This document shows, one piece after another, positions 50,481 to 64,000 of a DNA stretch of 64,000 bases; positions within the stretch are counted from its first letter, which is position 1, and every line of letters starts with the position of its first letter. Where the stretch lies: contig NC_043000.1 in NCBI RefSeq assembly GCF_006345805.1, positions 24,862,001 to 24,926,000 on the forward strand, given 5' to 3'. Source of the DNA: Octopus sinensis (taxonomy: Eukaryota). Both the position numbers and the translations under genes were made by a program. The notes under the pieces are model-generated. The model was not told where the DNA came from. It made no database searches and saw only the letters and a list, made by a program, of their open reading frames with translations.

Positions 50481-52479
50481 ATACTTATGCTGGTGTGTTT
50501 ACGTCCCTGTAACCTAGCAGTTCGACAAAAGAGACCGATAGAATAAGTACTAGGCTTACAAAAAATAAATCCTGGGGTCGATTTGCTCGACTAAAGGCGG
50601 TGCTCCAGCTTGGCCACAGTCAAATGACTGAAACAAGTAAAAGAATAAAAAAAGTAAAGAGTTTATCCTGTTCATGCTATATTGTTAGCATTATCCTGTG
50701 TTTGAAAATAAAATCATTTCTGTATCTTTCAATACATCTCAACGCTTCTAAAGCAAACTTTGTTAGATTACTTTCATCATAATTTGAATTTTAAAAAAAT
50801 TATAATCTACAATTGTACTCCATAAAGGGAGGGTTTGATGTTGTGGTGATGGATGGAGTGTTAGGTTTCTGATTGTTAGGGTGTGTGTGTTTGAAACTCA
50901 GATCAGTAGCACATTGTGGCCTTGGGTATGAGAGTTCATTTCATGTTGATTCAGCCCAGTGAGCTATGAATAAACATGTGACAGCTTGAGAGGGAGGGGG
51001 TAAGCTCTAAGACAGACAGGTGTCCTGTTCAGAGAGAGAGAGAGTACACATTGTGTGTGTGTGTGGATAAAACACACTCTGTGATAGATAGTTGTCATGT
51101 TCAAAGAGTAGACACCTTGAGATATGAGTGCATATGGGAGAGCAAACGCAGTTCCCTGCTTAAGGAGTAGACAGTTTGATGTGGGGGTGGTGAGGGTGTG
51201 AAAACTGTGACAGACTAGGGTCCTGTTTAGGCAGTAGTCTTGTAATCCCAGTCATGTAAGATGCTGCAGAAACTGAGATAAGCTCAGACCAAATGAACCT
51301 AAAATGAATATATAAGCCTAAGACAGATGGAAGTTGGTCCTATTAGCGGGAACAAACAGAATAACAAGAGCACTCAGAGAGTGCAAACCTCCACCAAGGC
51401 AACACCAACATCCTCTCAACGATTAGCCAGAGATGATTTTTAAAATGAGAATATCTGAAATAAACTCAACTGCTCTCACAAATGAGAATACTAAAAAATG
51501 AACCTGACTGCTCTCAAAAATTAAGTAAAAGAACCAGAAAATAATCCAGAAACCCTGTCCGGTACTGGATTGATCCCAAAATCTAATCAGTTTGTGCCAG
51601 TCAGAGGCCAAACAAAGGTTCAGCTGAATTCCTCCAGTGGTTCTTGAGATATCTTGTCCATAGGCAAATAAATAAACATGACTGAAAACAATACCTTCGC
51701 TTTTGCTAAGGCAGAGTTAATGAGCAAAATAAAGATTTCTTTCTTTAGGTATAAGTGTGATTGTTAAGAAGAAAGGCAGAACTAGGTGAATCAAGGTGGT
51801 GATTATTATTATTAGCAGTTATTTAAGGTGATGAGCTGGCAGAATCGTTAGCATGCCAGATGAAATGCTTAGCAATATTTCAATAGTCACTATGTTCTGA
51901 GTTCAAATTCCACCAAGATCGACTTTGCTTTTCATCCTTTCAGGGTCGATAAATTAAATGCCAGTTGAACTGTGGGTCAATGTAATCAACTCATCCCCAC
52001 CTCCCCCAAACTGCCCTTGGGGAAAAAAAAATTGAAATAACTATTATCAGTTATTTGTTTGACACTAAAGAGATACATCAGAAGGGGAAAAGTACCAGTA
52101 ATTAAGAGGGATGGGAAAGTAATTGACTGTTGCTTTATTTTGTTGGGCTGGGAAGGATGACAGACTAAGCTGACTTTGGCAGGATTTGAACTCAGGACAA
52201 ACACTACAAGATATTTTTGTTTGTGCTCAAATGACTCTGCCAGCCTGTGACCTTCACAATAACAGTGTCTCTGATTTAGGCACAAAGCCAGAAAGCTAGT
52301 CAATTACATCGACCCCAGTACTTTATCCTGAAATGGTGTAAAGTAAAGTTGATTTTGGTTGGGTATGAACTCAGAAGAAAAAAGGGTCATAACTAAACAC
52401 TGCAAAGTGCTTGACGTAATGTTCTACCGATTCTACCAAGTCAATAGGTTTAAGTAATTATAATAATAAGAATATTTTC

Positions 52480-52920
52480 TATTATATGCACAAGGCCTGA
52501 AATTTCAAGTGGAGGGGGGATAGTTGATTACATTGACCCCAGTGTTCAACTGGTACTTATTTTATCTATGAGAAAAAGGATGAAAGGCAAGGTCGACCTC
52601 AGCAGGATTTGAACTCAGAACTTAAAGATGAATGAAATGCTGCTAAGCATTTTGCCCGGCATGTTAACAATTTTGCCAGCTCACTGCCATAATGGATAAT
52701 AATAATCCTTTCTGGTGTATGCACAGGCTGTAAAATTTTGGGGGATGGGTAAGTTGATTACATTGATCCTAGTGCTTGACTGGTACTTAATTTATTGACC
52801 CCCAAAGGATGAAAGACAATGTCAGCCTTGGCAGAATTTGATCTCAGAATGTAAAGATGGACAAAATGCCACTAAGCAAGTTGCCCAGCATGCTAACCAT
52901 TCTGCCAGCTTGCTGCCATA
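52480..52920 (-). mobile_element. Two stacked SINE-B copies
   Basis: Tail-core-head repeated, separated by short (TAA)n. Confidence 0.75.
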
Positions 52921-53491
52921 ATAATAATAGTAATAATAATAATAAAAAAATATTTTTGAATTAGACACATGTAAAACATCAGAAATGGAGATGATTGTTT
53001 TTTTTTTCCATTTTTTTCCTTCTGTATGCATGATACACAGCTTGACATACATTGGCATGTATTTCTATATAATTATTATTACGGACGTTATTGTTATGAA
53101 TTTGGGTTGCATCAAGTCTTAAAGCTCAGAGAAAGAAAAACACACAGAACCCATTACGAGAAATTCAAGTGCAATCTTTGGCATAGAAGAAAAGAAACAT
53201 TTACTTTTGAAGTTAAATATTGGAGAACACCTCAACTTCCAAGAAAGAAAATAATGTATGTGTGTGTGTGTGTGTTCTTCCCTACCTATTTCCATGTGAT
53301 GCCATATCAATGTTATCAGCAAAACTATTCAGTATTTTTACAGACAATCCTTCAAAAAAACGTATTGAAAATTGCTAACATTTTTACAACCAAAAATCAT
53401 TCCACTGCTGTATAACTAACTACACTGAGTGGAATATTGATTTTTTTTTTCCAGGATGTGAAAGTAAAGTAGAATAATAATAATAATAATA

Positions 53492-53529
<38 letters not shown>

Positions 53530-56500
53530 GCAGTAATAATAACAATAATGATAACAATAAAAATACAAAATAAAAAAGAAAGACTGGAGAAAAGTGCAGG
53601 TTTCGGAAAGGTACATTAAAAATAATGAATATGATTTTATGTAAAAAGAGAATATTCATGAGGACTATATTTTTGGAGGTAACCAAACTTGAATAACTGT
53701 TTGATAGTAACATATGGTAAAGATTTGATAGGAAGCAGCGTTTTTAAAAGACAGAATGAATTAGATTTGCTCAATGATGATTACTCTTAAAAACCTCTCC
53801 CGAAAAATATGGAAGATTATATCAGAAGTTTACCTGGGAGAAAAAAATTATTTTAAAAAAAGGAAGTAAAAGATTAAAAAAAAAAAGAATAGATTCAAGA
53901 AGAATAAAAAATAAATTTCCAGTGAAGATCATCATATTAACTTTTCCATAGCTATTTAATGAAAAAAAAAATAATAATACTAAATACACACTTATGTTCA
54001 GGTATTGGAAAGTTCAATAGATTACAATTCACAAGCCCAACTCAACATCATCATTGAATGTCTATTTTTCCATGCTTGCAAGGGTCAGACAAAAATTGTT
54101 CAGGCAGACATTTCTCTGGCTGGATGCCCTTCCTATTGGCAACCTTCACCTGTTTCCAAGTAAGGCATTATTTTCCAATTGTTAGACATTCTTTTTCAAG
54201 GAAAATTGGAAGCAAACAATCTCTGTATGAGGGTGATGTTCATTTACAACCATCATATGATGTCCAGACAAGGGTACACACAAACACATACACACATATG
54301 AGGTGATGTTGAAAAGTTCCTGACTTTGAATAAAAGAAAATAGAGGAGGATCAATTAATTATGATTTTATTTAACACATTCCCCTCTCAGATTCACACAC
54401 TTATTACAGTGGTCCTTCAGTTTTTCTAAGCCCTATAAAAGAACTCGGAAGGTTGGGCCTCCAACCAAGCCTTTTGTGATACCCTCAAAGCCAAGAACTT
54501 TCAGCACCCACCTCATATAAACATACAAACGCGCACACACACACATATATATATATATGACAAGAGACCGAGACCTTTGGAAATATGCTGTGATTGAGAA
54601 GACCCGGCAAGTAAAGTGAGATCATAGCCATGGCCAATACCAGTGTTGCATAACCAGCCCATTTAAAAGTACCCTTGAATCATTGGGCAATACACTGCAC
54701 TTGAGAAGACCTACTCAGTCAAGTAAACTCAAATCAAAATGGAAATCGTAATTGTGGCCAATGCCAGTGCTGCCTAACTGGCTCCCATGCCAGTGGCACA
54801 TAAAAAGCACCCACTACACACTCAGAGTGGTTGGCGTTAGAAAGGTATCCAGCTGTAGAAATTTTGCCCGATCAAATTGGAGCCTGGTGCATATATATAT
54901 ATATATATAAGTTAAATAAATGACAATGTAAAAGGAAATTATGCAGTGAAGTTCATTGTGTAATTTCCTGCTTCTTTATCATTTATTAAATTTCAAATTA
55001 TGCTTTGTATTCAACTAAAGTTTTATCCTGAAGCCGACGCGTATTGAGTTCCAACACCACATTATTAGGATCACTATGCCTAAGAAAAAATCTTTATATA
55101 TATATATATATATATATATCTTGCACAGGGCTGTGGAGTTGGAGTCGGTAAAACTATGCTGACTCTGATTCCAACTCACTTTAATATAAACCAGTTATAA
55201 CACATAGGTCTACTCAAAGTACAAGCGTATGCATATGCTTTATGAGATATGTAGACCACAATCACTTAATTACATAAAGAGGAGTCAGAGTCAGAGGAGC
55301 CAATAGTAGAGGAGTCGGAGTCAAAGTTTTTGTTTCGACTCCACAGACCTGATATTACATGCATACACACACACACACATACAATAGGTTTCATTCAGTT
55401 TCCATCAACCAAATCCACTCACAAAGCTTTGGTTGGCCTGGAACAGAACAGTAGAAGAAGACACCTACGCAAGATGCCATACAGTCAGACTGATCTCAAA
55501 ATCCCTTGATTGGGAAGTAACCATGCTGTGCTGATACCATGCCAGCACACACACACACACACATTTATATATGCTGAAAACAATATTTGCTTAGTATGTT
55601 GTTTTTGTACAGGAATTGAAACTTTTGAGTGTGTAAGTGATTTCTTCAAAGCAGTGCATGCTTTTCTTTCAAGGTAGTGCCCCTACATGGCCACAGTCCA
55701 ATGATTGCAAAAATTAATTTTAAAAAAATCAAGTAAATCAAAAAGAATAAAAGAAAGAGCAAAACTATCTCTTTTGTACTCATGTCAAATTTCTCTTCCC
55801 CTCCTCCTCTCAAGGGAATTGCTTAACCCTTTCATTACCAACCCACCTGAAACCATCTCTGGCTCTGTAGTACAAATGTCTTGTTTCCATAAGTTCTGAA
55901 TTAAAATCTTCCATCAAACCTTAGTCACAATTTATAGTCCTAACATTAGCTTAATGATAACTAATTTATTTTACTAATTCCTTTGTTACATTTTGAATTA
56001 ATTGAAAGAAACACAGAGCATCTCAACAGAAATATAGTAGTAAAAACCTGGCTGAAACCGCCTCTGACCCTGTAGTACAAATGTCTTGTTTTCATAAGTT
56101 TTGAATTAAAGTCTTCCTCCAAACCTTAGTCACAATTTATGTTCCTAACACTAGCTTAATGATAACCAAGTTATTTTACTAAATTCTTTGTTATATCTAA
56201 AATAATTGAGAGAAACACAGAGCATCTCAACAGAAATATGGTAACAAAAGGGTGAAATGCACCAACCTAAAATTTTTATCTAATTTAAGATAACAGTAAG
56301 AAAAGGTGGAAAATTTGAAGATTTTCTTAAACATCACATCCTTGCACCAGGCTGTTTTCTTTGTTTTGTAAACATGTGTATTATATAAGGTGCCCTCTTG
56401 TATTTTATCTTTCTATTCTCTTCTCATTAATTAGTTATCATGTGTTAGGATAGCAGAAACAGAAGGTAGTGCAGTGATAAGATTACATAAAATGTGTGCG

Positions 56501-58565
56501 TGGGTGTGGGATATATCCCTAAAATAGATCTTGTTTAATGATATATTGAGCATCAATAACATTGCTGTGAGCAGGTAAAGGTAGTGAAAACAAATAGGCT
56601 GGAACAAGTATTTAGAACATATGAGATACTTAATCTGAAACTTCTGGCAAAATGTGTTAATAAAACAAGATTACTGAGGACAGCATGTTGTGAAAAAGAG
56701 ATACAAGCATGGTTAGAGGTACAGGTGTGGCTGTGTGGTTAAAAAGTATGCTTCTTAACTGCAAGGTTTTGGTTTCAGTCCCACTGCATGGCATCTTAGG
56801 CAAGTGTCTTCTTCTATAGCCCCAGTTTGGCAAAAGCCTTGTGAGTAGATTTGGTAAACAGAAACTGAAAGAAGCTTCTGTGTGTGCATGTGTGTGTGTG
56901 TGTGCATGCAAGTGTTTTGTGGTCACTTTATCTTGACATAGTGTGATAGCTGTAAATGATTGTCACTGTCATGTAAGCAGTGTTGTTCATCTTCAACATT
57001 GTGGAAAAGCATCTTGCCAGAGTGAAATATCACCTTGCTTGTAAACATGTGAAGGTTGATGACAAGAAAGGCATCTGGATCAAGCATGGAAAAGTGGATG
57101 TTATAACAACGATGATAAACTGAGATAGGATGAGACTTACTTTGGCCGAAAACCTGAATTTCAAAAATCATAGCTATAGTTATGGTACATCTGAGTATCT
57201 AAATTAGATCAGTAAGAGACCACCTAACACCTCTTCTAGTCAGGTCCCTTGAAGAAATTGAGCAGAACCATGCCAGGTTAAGAAAATGCTTTAGAATTTT
57301 GTTGGATGGCAATGAAAGTACAGGAAAGAACTTTATACAAATCTTTACAAAAACTAAAAGGCTTTGTACTAAAGTTAAAAAAAAAAAAGTAAAGGAAAAC
57401 CAAAGATTATTTGAGCTATAACCAGGGACTTGATAGTCAAATTCTAATTTATATCAATTAATTTTAATTGCTGTTAGTGACGGAACAATATTTATTCACA
57501 CTGTACGTATCCAGTTAGGAATTAAGTGGCAGCCTTGATTCATAATTAGAATTCATTTTCCAAGCACAAAAACACAAAAACACACACATACAAAAATGAA
57601 ATAGAACTGACTGATTGCTAAAGTGCAGACGTTCTCAGCTGATAGCATTTTCACATTCAAAAGGAATTCTTTAGGTTGAAAATATTTGCTGAAAAACCAA
57701 ACCTACAATTGTTTATTCTTTTGAATCACTAAAATAAAGCTTTGTCAAAATGAAATCATTTCCAGTTCCAAAGGATTCAATTGTTTCATATGATTTAATG
57801 TTCAGTTGTTTGTACATTTGTGGGTTTTAAGGAATAATACAATGCTTTGAAATTTAAAATTTTCGTACAAAGCCAGCAATTTTTGAGGCGTATTGTGAAA
57901 CACAAATATTTTCCAAACACACATCTTTTTTATTGTGGGCCACACTTTATGGAAACAGAAGATAATGTCTAAAAATAAATAAGGCGAAAACAGTGAAAAA
58001 GAGGATTAAGAATGGTGTCCATGTGTGAAACAAATGCCTGAATCTCCTTGTGCAATTCAATCCATGTTGGCTGAGAGAAAACAAGGTGAAAATATCACAC
58101 TCACCAAAATATAAACAAGTAACAACAAGAATTATAACAAATCAGGCAGACAATCTCTGCAGTTGTCTTTATCAGATTCTTTATGATTACAATCTTTACC
58201 ATTTCTTCATGCCATGTTTACATTTTCTTGTAACATGGCTGGCTATAATCCAACAATCAGCTTGCCTACAACATTTGTTGAAATAGAGAGAGAGAGAGAG
58301 GAGAGAAAGAAAAGAGAGAAAGTGACTTGATATTTATTCCCCTCACATACCTATATCGACTAAATCTACTTAAGAGTTTTTACAAATAACACCTGAAGTG
58401 TTTCATTTCCAGACACCATTTCAAACCATCGTTCTTGCTATTCAATACAAGTACTCAACACTTACATGTGTACAGTGAAACCTATTTATCTTTATAAATA
58501 TCTCCATTGTAAGGATTCTGTAAAGTTGAATCAACAGTACTTTTTTTTTATCCCTAATTTTGAAG

Positions 58566-58653
58566 AAATTGATGAGATTAAGAAAGTCTCCAGAGTATTA
58601 TCAAAGCTAACTTTAAGTGATATTCAAATTTTAAGGAGATTATTTCATTGTTG
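58566..58653 (+). CDS. Possible coding exon F (phase 1 to 2): xIDEIKKVSRVLSKLTLSDIQILRRLFHC
   Basis: Poly-T + CTAAT acceptor ...TTTGAAG; weak donor GTTAAT; phase-compatible with exon G. Confidence 0.35.
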
Positions 58654-59245
58654 GTTAATTTTTTTTTAACCCTGAACATCTCAATGGAAATTTGTGCGTC
58701 AAGACCCCAGACCTGTAATGATTCTGTAACAAAACAAAAATGACTGACAGAAGAAAGGATTAGAGTTTTCTCTCTTATAATAGTGGCTCATTTTGTTCAA
58801 GTTGAAGGTCAACAATGTTAGTATGGTTCTTGAAATATCATGCATTTCAAGATAGGCAAACTGATGCAGTCCCATATGGTGTCGTATCTAACAGAAAGTT
58901 CAAAGTTAGATCGCATTCTTTTGTATAAACAAAATAAAATTTTCTATTGCGATTGAAGTTTGAATCTGTTTCATTAGTCATTATTCCCAGACTCATTTCC
59001 ACCATTACCAGTACCGCTTCTGTCTCATATTAGTCAAAGTGATACTACCAGCTATACTAAATATATTTTCCTTTCCACTAAAAAAAGATCTTCTGCCTAC
59101 CACCTAACCCTTACAAAAGAAAACCCTTTGTTGTTCAGACACAAGTCAGTCTTGATACAGCAGACAAATGAAAACCAAAAAAGAACAAAAGATGTTTGCA
59201 ACCTGATCTGCTTATCTTTATTTTCTGACATAATGTGTATCTAAG

Positions 59246-59334
59246 TTTATACTTTCCAAAAGTACTCTCTCTCATCTTTGAAATCCTAAAAGTCCCTAAA
59301 ACTACAGAACAGTCTCCAATGCCTTTGTCCAAAG
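59246..59334 (+). CDS. Putative coding exon G (phase 2 to 1): xLYFPKVLSLIFEILKVPKTTEQSPMPLSK
   Basis: Strong donor AAG|GTGAGT, acceptor TTTTCTGAC...TATCTAAG, only one open frame. Confidence 0.5.
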
Positions 59335-59400
59335 GTGAGTGCAGAGTTGACCTGAAGCTAAACAACAACAACCAGTCACTAATGTTATTAATAATGCTAA

Positions 59401-59632
59401 GGCAGCGAGCTGGCAGAAACATTAGCATGCCGGGCGAAATGCATAGTTGTATTTCATCTGCCGTTACGTTTTGGGTTCAAATTCCACCAAGGTCGACTTT
59501 GTCTTTCATCCTTTCGGGGTTGATAAATTAAGTACCAGTTACGCACTGGGGTTGATATAATCAACTTAATCCATTTGTCTGTCCTTGTTTGTCCCCTTTG
59601 TGTGTAGCCCCTTGTGGGCAGTAAAGAAATAG
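59401..59632 (+). mobile_element. SINE-B monomer
   Basis: Family head, core and body. Confidence 0.85.
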
Positions 59633-61594
59633 TTATTAATAATGCTGAAAGCTTAAGTTTGGTCAATAGATACTCAATAGATGTGTAACATAATATCAAA
59701 CAGCTACAAATGTAAACCCGTTTCTGATCAAATATTTAAAAGCATCAATAAGATATAGTCAGGAGAAATCTATGAATTAACCCTTTTGATACCAACCCAC
59801 CAGAGACCATTCTAGTTCTATGAGATAAACTTCCTGTTTTAAAATGATCTAAATTAGAATTTTCCTTCAAAAATTTTATGTTAATATGTGTTCCAAACAC
59901 CAGCTTAATAATGGTAAAATTATTTTACTAAATTCACTATTTTCAAAATTGATTAAAACAAAGGTAATGAATTCATCAGAAATATGGTAACAAAAGGGTT
60001 AAAGTGATCTAAATTAAAATTCCCCATTAAAAGTTTTACGTTAATTTATGCTCGAAACACTAACTTGATAATGGAAATGTCATTTTACTAAATTCTTTGT
60101 TATTTTCAAAATTAATTAAAACAAAGGCAGCGTATTTCAACAGAAATATGGTAACAAAAGAGTTAAATATTCCTTAGAATTTTCAATAATTATTCTAAAA
60201 AAAAAAGGTATTTCTGTTGAAATGTAATACCAAATTAGCCATGGCATAATGTGTAAAGATGTTAACAAGAAAGTGGAAGCTGGTTGAAAGACTAAGAAGA
60301 GAATCAATTATTTTGCGTAGAGAATGAAGTAGAAGAATTCAGAATTTCACCAATAGAAAAATCATTAGATGACTAGCATCACATGTTTTTCTTCTTTCAG
60401 ATGCCTCAGTGTTTCTATGTTTAATGTTAACTTAATCAACAGAGGATGTACTGTTAGAATAGTTGTTACAATGCTGTCAAAAACTATTAATGAGGAAAAA
60501 GAAAAACAAAAGAAAAGAATTACAGATAACGGACTTCTGATATATAAATTTGTTTACTGTTTTTATGAGTGAAACATATCCTTTAAGTACAAATTCAATT
60601 CTGTTGTATGCAAAGAGACATTTCAATATTAGATACAGAAATGTTGATTCAAATTTATAGTTTTTCCCGTGTAACAAACAGTCTCTGCTTGACAGTTGAT
60701 TCTCATCGTGTCTCAGAAATTCTACTTAGTTACGGATTCGAATTAATGCAAATGTCGTTATATTTAATTCATGTCTCTTTAATTCAAAGATCTAGGTTCC
60801 AGAAATGATATGGAATTGATTTAAGCTGTTCTGCTAATAAATCTGTTCTACTTTATCTTGTTGGTGTCATCATAACTTTGCATTTTGGAAAGTTTGCAGG
60901 AAGACTTGACAAGGATGTATGTAGAATGGAAATGATTACCAAGACGACCGTCCAATTTAAAATTGGATTTTATAGATATGGGTTCCTTTATGATAAGCAT
61001 GTAAACTTTAAAGTTTTATAGGTAGTGAAAAGTAGAAATCCATGATTGGAGGAACTGTTAGAGTGCCTGGCAAGATTCTTTGTAATATCTGTCCCAGCTA
61101 TCTGCATTCTGACAGCGATTCTTGTAGCAACACCAGAGTCACATTGCAGAGCCCCTAAAACAACACTGGTAGTGAGGAGAGGAAAGAATTGCATGTGTGA
61201 GCAACTGCCAGACTTCCAGGAAATAAACCTGTCCAGGCCCTGTGTGCATAGGTGCAAACGCATGGTTAACTCTAATTGAAAGCAGAGTTATATATATATA
61301 TGTGTGTGTATATACTTGTCCAATAAAGTTTGTAAGTCACAGAAAACAGGCACTAGTATATTAAGTAACAGAGTGGGTATATTAGTTATTCAACATTATA
61401 AATGAGTCTCATAACAGACAAGTCATGTTATTGAATGGTTTCATGCTGAGAACTTTTCAAGTGTGGAAAGGTACATTAACGATCATCAGATTCAGATATG
61501 ATGATTGTAAATTTACCATTTCATACTTTGAAAGTTCTTTTAACATGAAATGAATTGACAATTATGCAACTAAATTGACAGCATTGTACAAATA

Positions 61595-61626
<32 letters not shown>

Positions 61627-61630
<4 letters not shown>

Positions 61631-62510
61631 AAATTCAGAGAGCTGTTACTTCTGTCAGTTACGAAAAGTTTCTCTCTCCAAGCAAAAGGAAAATTGTGTG
61701 AAGCACGTATGCAGACAGCAATTCTACATGGTAGCTAGTCATGGGCCCTGAATACAGAGGACATGTGAAGGTTAGAAAGGAATGAAGCTAGTATGCCCCA
61801 CTGGATGTGTAATGTAAGTGTATATGTTCAACAGAGTGCTAGTGTTCTGAAGGAGAAGTTAGATATAAAAGGAATCGGTTGCTGTGTGCAAGAGAGAAGA
61901 TTGTGCTAGTATGATCATGTGATGCAGATGAATGCATCACATGAAGACCAAGAAAGGCATGGGATGAAGTATTGAAGAGCAACCTTAGGATGCTAAACTT
62001 TTCAGGCTGACAAAGGACCGAGATGTCTGGTGCCTTGCTGTACTCAAGAAGACTAGTACTCTGCAGCAGAAGTTTCCCTAAGGACAGGTCTTAACACTTA
62101 ACAAGGATTGACTTGTAAGAGTCTTTGGCCAGTGCAAGGTAAAAACACTTGTGGTGGTGCCACATAAAAGCGCCTGTGTGGTGCCATATAAAAAGCACCC
62201 ATGCCATGCCACATAAAAGCACCCATGTGGAACCATGTAAAAGCACCCATGTGGAGCTGCATAAAAGTGCCCATATGGAACCACATAAAAGCACTCATGT
62301 GGACCTGCATAAAAGTCCCTGTGCGGTGCCACGTAAAAGTATCCAGCATGCTCTGTAAAGTGATTGGCTTTATGAAGGGTATCCAGATGTAGAAAACCAT
62401 GCTAAATTGGACTGGAGTCTGGTGCAGTTCCCCAGCTTGTTAGCTCTGGTCAAACCATCCAACCCATGCCAGCATGGACAACAGACATTAAATGATGATG
62501 AGGATGATAT
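61627..62510 (+). mobile_element. Longest RTE LINE 3' fragment (ORF2 C-terminal remnant, 3'UTR with 24-bp minisatellite, tail)
   Basis: RKFRELL...KGKLCEARMQTAILHGS*SWALNTEDM*RLERNEASMPHWMCNVSV...LKEKLDIKGI..VQERRL. Confidence 0.85.
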
Positions 62511-63424
62511 ATAAAATTTAATGTTCATTTTAAGAGAAAGAGAAACCAATATACATTAATAATAGAATGGCTTAAACAGGAATATCACACCCAGCTATAA
62601 TACTTAAAACCCTCTAGTTTTGCTCCCCCCAGATTTCAATTTCAATTCACACTAACTTCAACTAAGCCACCTGGGGTAGGAGCAGGAGGGGCTCATGTAA
62701 TAATAATCATGATTGCTGTAATGATTATCAATAATTATTGGACAATGGTAGAAATGACCATTATCATCATCATTGCTGTTTAACATCTACTTTTCCTTGC
62801 AGGCATGGATCAGATGGAACTTGCTGAGACAGATTTTCTATGGATGGATGCTCTTCCTGTCATCAACCCTTTCCTATTTCCAATCAAATTAATATTTCCA
62901 TATGGAAGACTTTGAGACTGACAATGCTAGACAAGATACAAACAAACACATGCATATATGATGGGATTCTTTCAGTTTCCATCTACCAAATCCACTCACA
63001 AGACTTTTATCTGCCTGTGACCATAGTAGAAGACACATGCCCAAGGTGCTATGCAATGGGCTTGAACTCAAGACCACCTAGTTGGGAAGCTTCTTAATTA
63101 CACACAGCCATACCTGCACCTATTGCCACACCTGTATTGCAAGCGTCTGTGAATTAATCCAAATGGATAACTACTCAGATAGATAATTCAATATTCTGCA
63201 TCCAAATCCAACCGAGGTTAACTTTGCGATTTATCATTCCGAAAACCAATAAAATAAGTATCAATAATGTTCTGTGGATAAATTCAGTTAACTACACTCA
63301 TCTCCAACAAATCTGCCGTTGTTATTGTTTAACCCTAGGTAAACCTTGATCCTGCTAAACTATAATCAAAAATCATTCATTCATTTGTTTGCTTTTGCAT
63401 CCATGTTTTCATGCTAGCATGGAT

Positions 63425-63945
63425 TAGATTAATATATTCATTTCTACTCTAGGCACAAGGCCTGAAATTTGGGGGGAGGGAGCCAGTCGATTAGATCGAC
63501 CCCAGTACGCAACTAGTACTTAATTTATCAATCCCAAAAGGATGAAAGGCAAAGTTGACCGTGGCGGAATTTGAAATCAGAACGTAAACACAGACAAAAT
63601 ATGACTAAGCATTTTGCCCAGTGTGCTAACATTTCAGCCAGCTCACAGCCTTAGATTAATATATTGTTGAGGCGTTGTTTCACAGCCAGATGCCTTTCCT
63701 GTTGAAGTCATGTTAATATTGGGTGTCCATCAGGGTGGCAAACTAGCAGAATTGTTAGTACGATGGACAAAATGCTCAACGGCATTTCATCTGTTTTATG
63801 TTCTGAGTTCAAATTCTTGTGATGTTGACATTGTCTATCATCCTTTCTGGGTCGATAAAATAAGTACCAGTTGAGCACTGGGGGGGTGGGGTCATCAATG
63901 TAATTGAACTTGCTGGTCTTGTGCCAAAATTGGAATCTAATATCG
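63425..63945. mobile_element. Two divergently oriented SINE-B copies (63425-63650 on -, 63735-63945 on +)
   Basis: Family core in both orientations. Confidence 0.7.
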
Positions 63946-64000
63946 CATATCCATAACACTGGACAAGGCAAGTTTCTTATCTCATGACTCTAAGTTCAGA

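Noticed and set aside
53026-53415. 129-aa ORF in non-obvious repeat DNA
   Set aside because: Crosses (ATT)n and (GT)n tracts; no convincing splice pair or recognisable motif
57240-57414. Stop-free stretch xRSLEEIEQNHARLRKCFRILLDG.. after CTAAC...TTCTAG
   Set aside because: Could be an exon, but the donor is ambiguous and it cannot be tied into the chain
60401-60435. Possible terminal exon DASVFLCLMLT* after exon G
   Set aside because: Strong acceptor but two readings are possible and nothing supports a terminus here
60988-61279. GC-richer segment with ORFs on both strands
   Set aside because: All three frames after the + strand acceptor stop early; - strand CDSGVATRIAVRMQIAG resembles a decayed RTE RT thumb region
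1-64000. CRISPR array, rRNA, prokaryotic operons or defence systems
   Set aside because: None seen; recurring units are eukaryotic SINE/LINE parts without regular unique spacers

Overview
AT-rich, repeat-saturated animal DNA, very probably Octopus; this call rests on my recognition of the SINE and LINE repertoire, not on a database search. Almost every ORF in the supplied track is a microsatellite or repeat artefact. Most of the window is (i) several tRNA-derived SINE families, (ii) 3' fragments of an RTE-type LINE with (GAT)n tails plus older RTE coding remnants, (iii) 3' ends of R4/Dong-like restriction-endonuclease retrotransposons in (TAA)n tracts, and (iv) non-autonomous DNA elements (mariner-, hAT-, piggyBac- and Helitron-like). 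Short AG...GT-bounded, stop-free segments on the + strand (best at 26075-26190, 34613-34693, 35883-35946, 36064-36115, 59246-59334) point to a long-intron protein-coding gene that I cannot name. The most interesting region is 29.8-30.7 kb, inside a putative intron. It holds three hammerhead-ribozyme motifs of two unrelated types. One sits downstream of a tRNA-like Pol III head (a SINE/retrozyme-like element), and its 3' part is duplicated as a ~213-bp inverted arm. Also notable: a TSD-bounded, 5'-inverted RTE insertion joining the 5'UTR to the last ~85 bp, a TSD-bounded dimeric SINE, and several fold-back rearrangements at (TA)n tracts.
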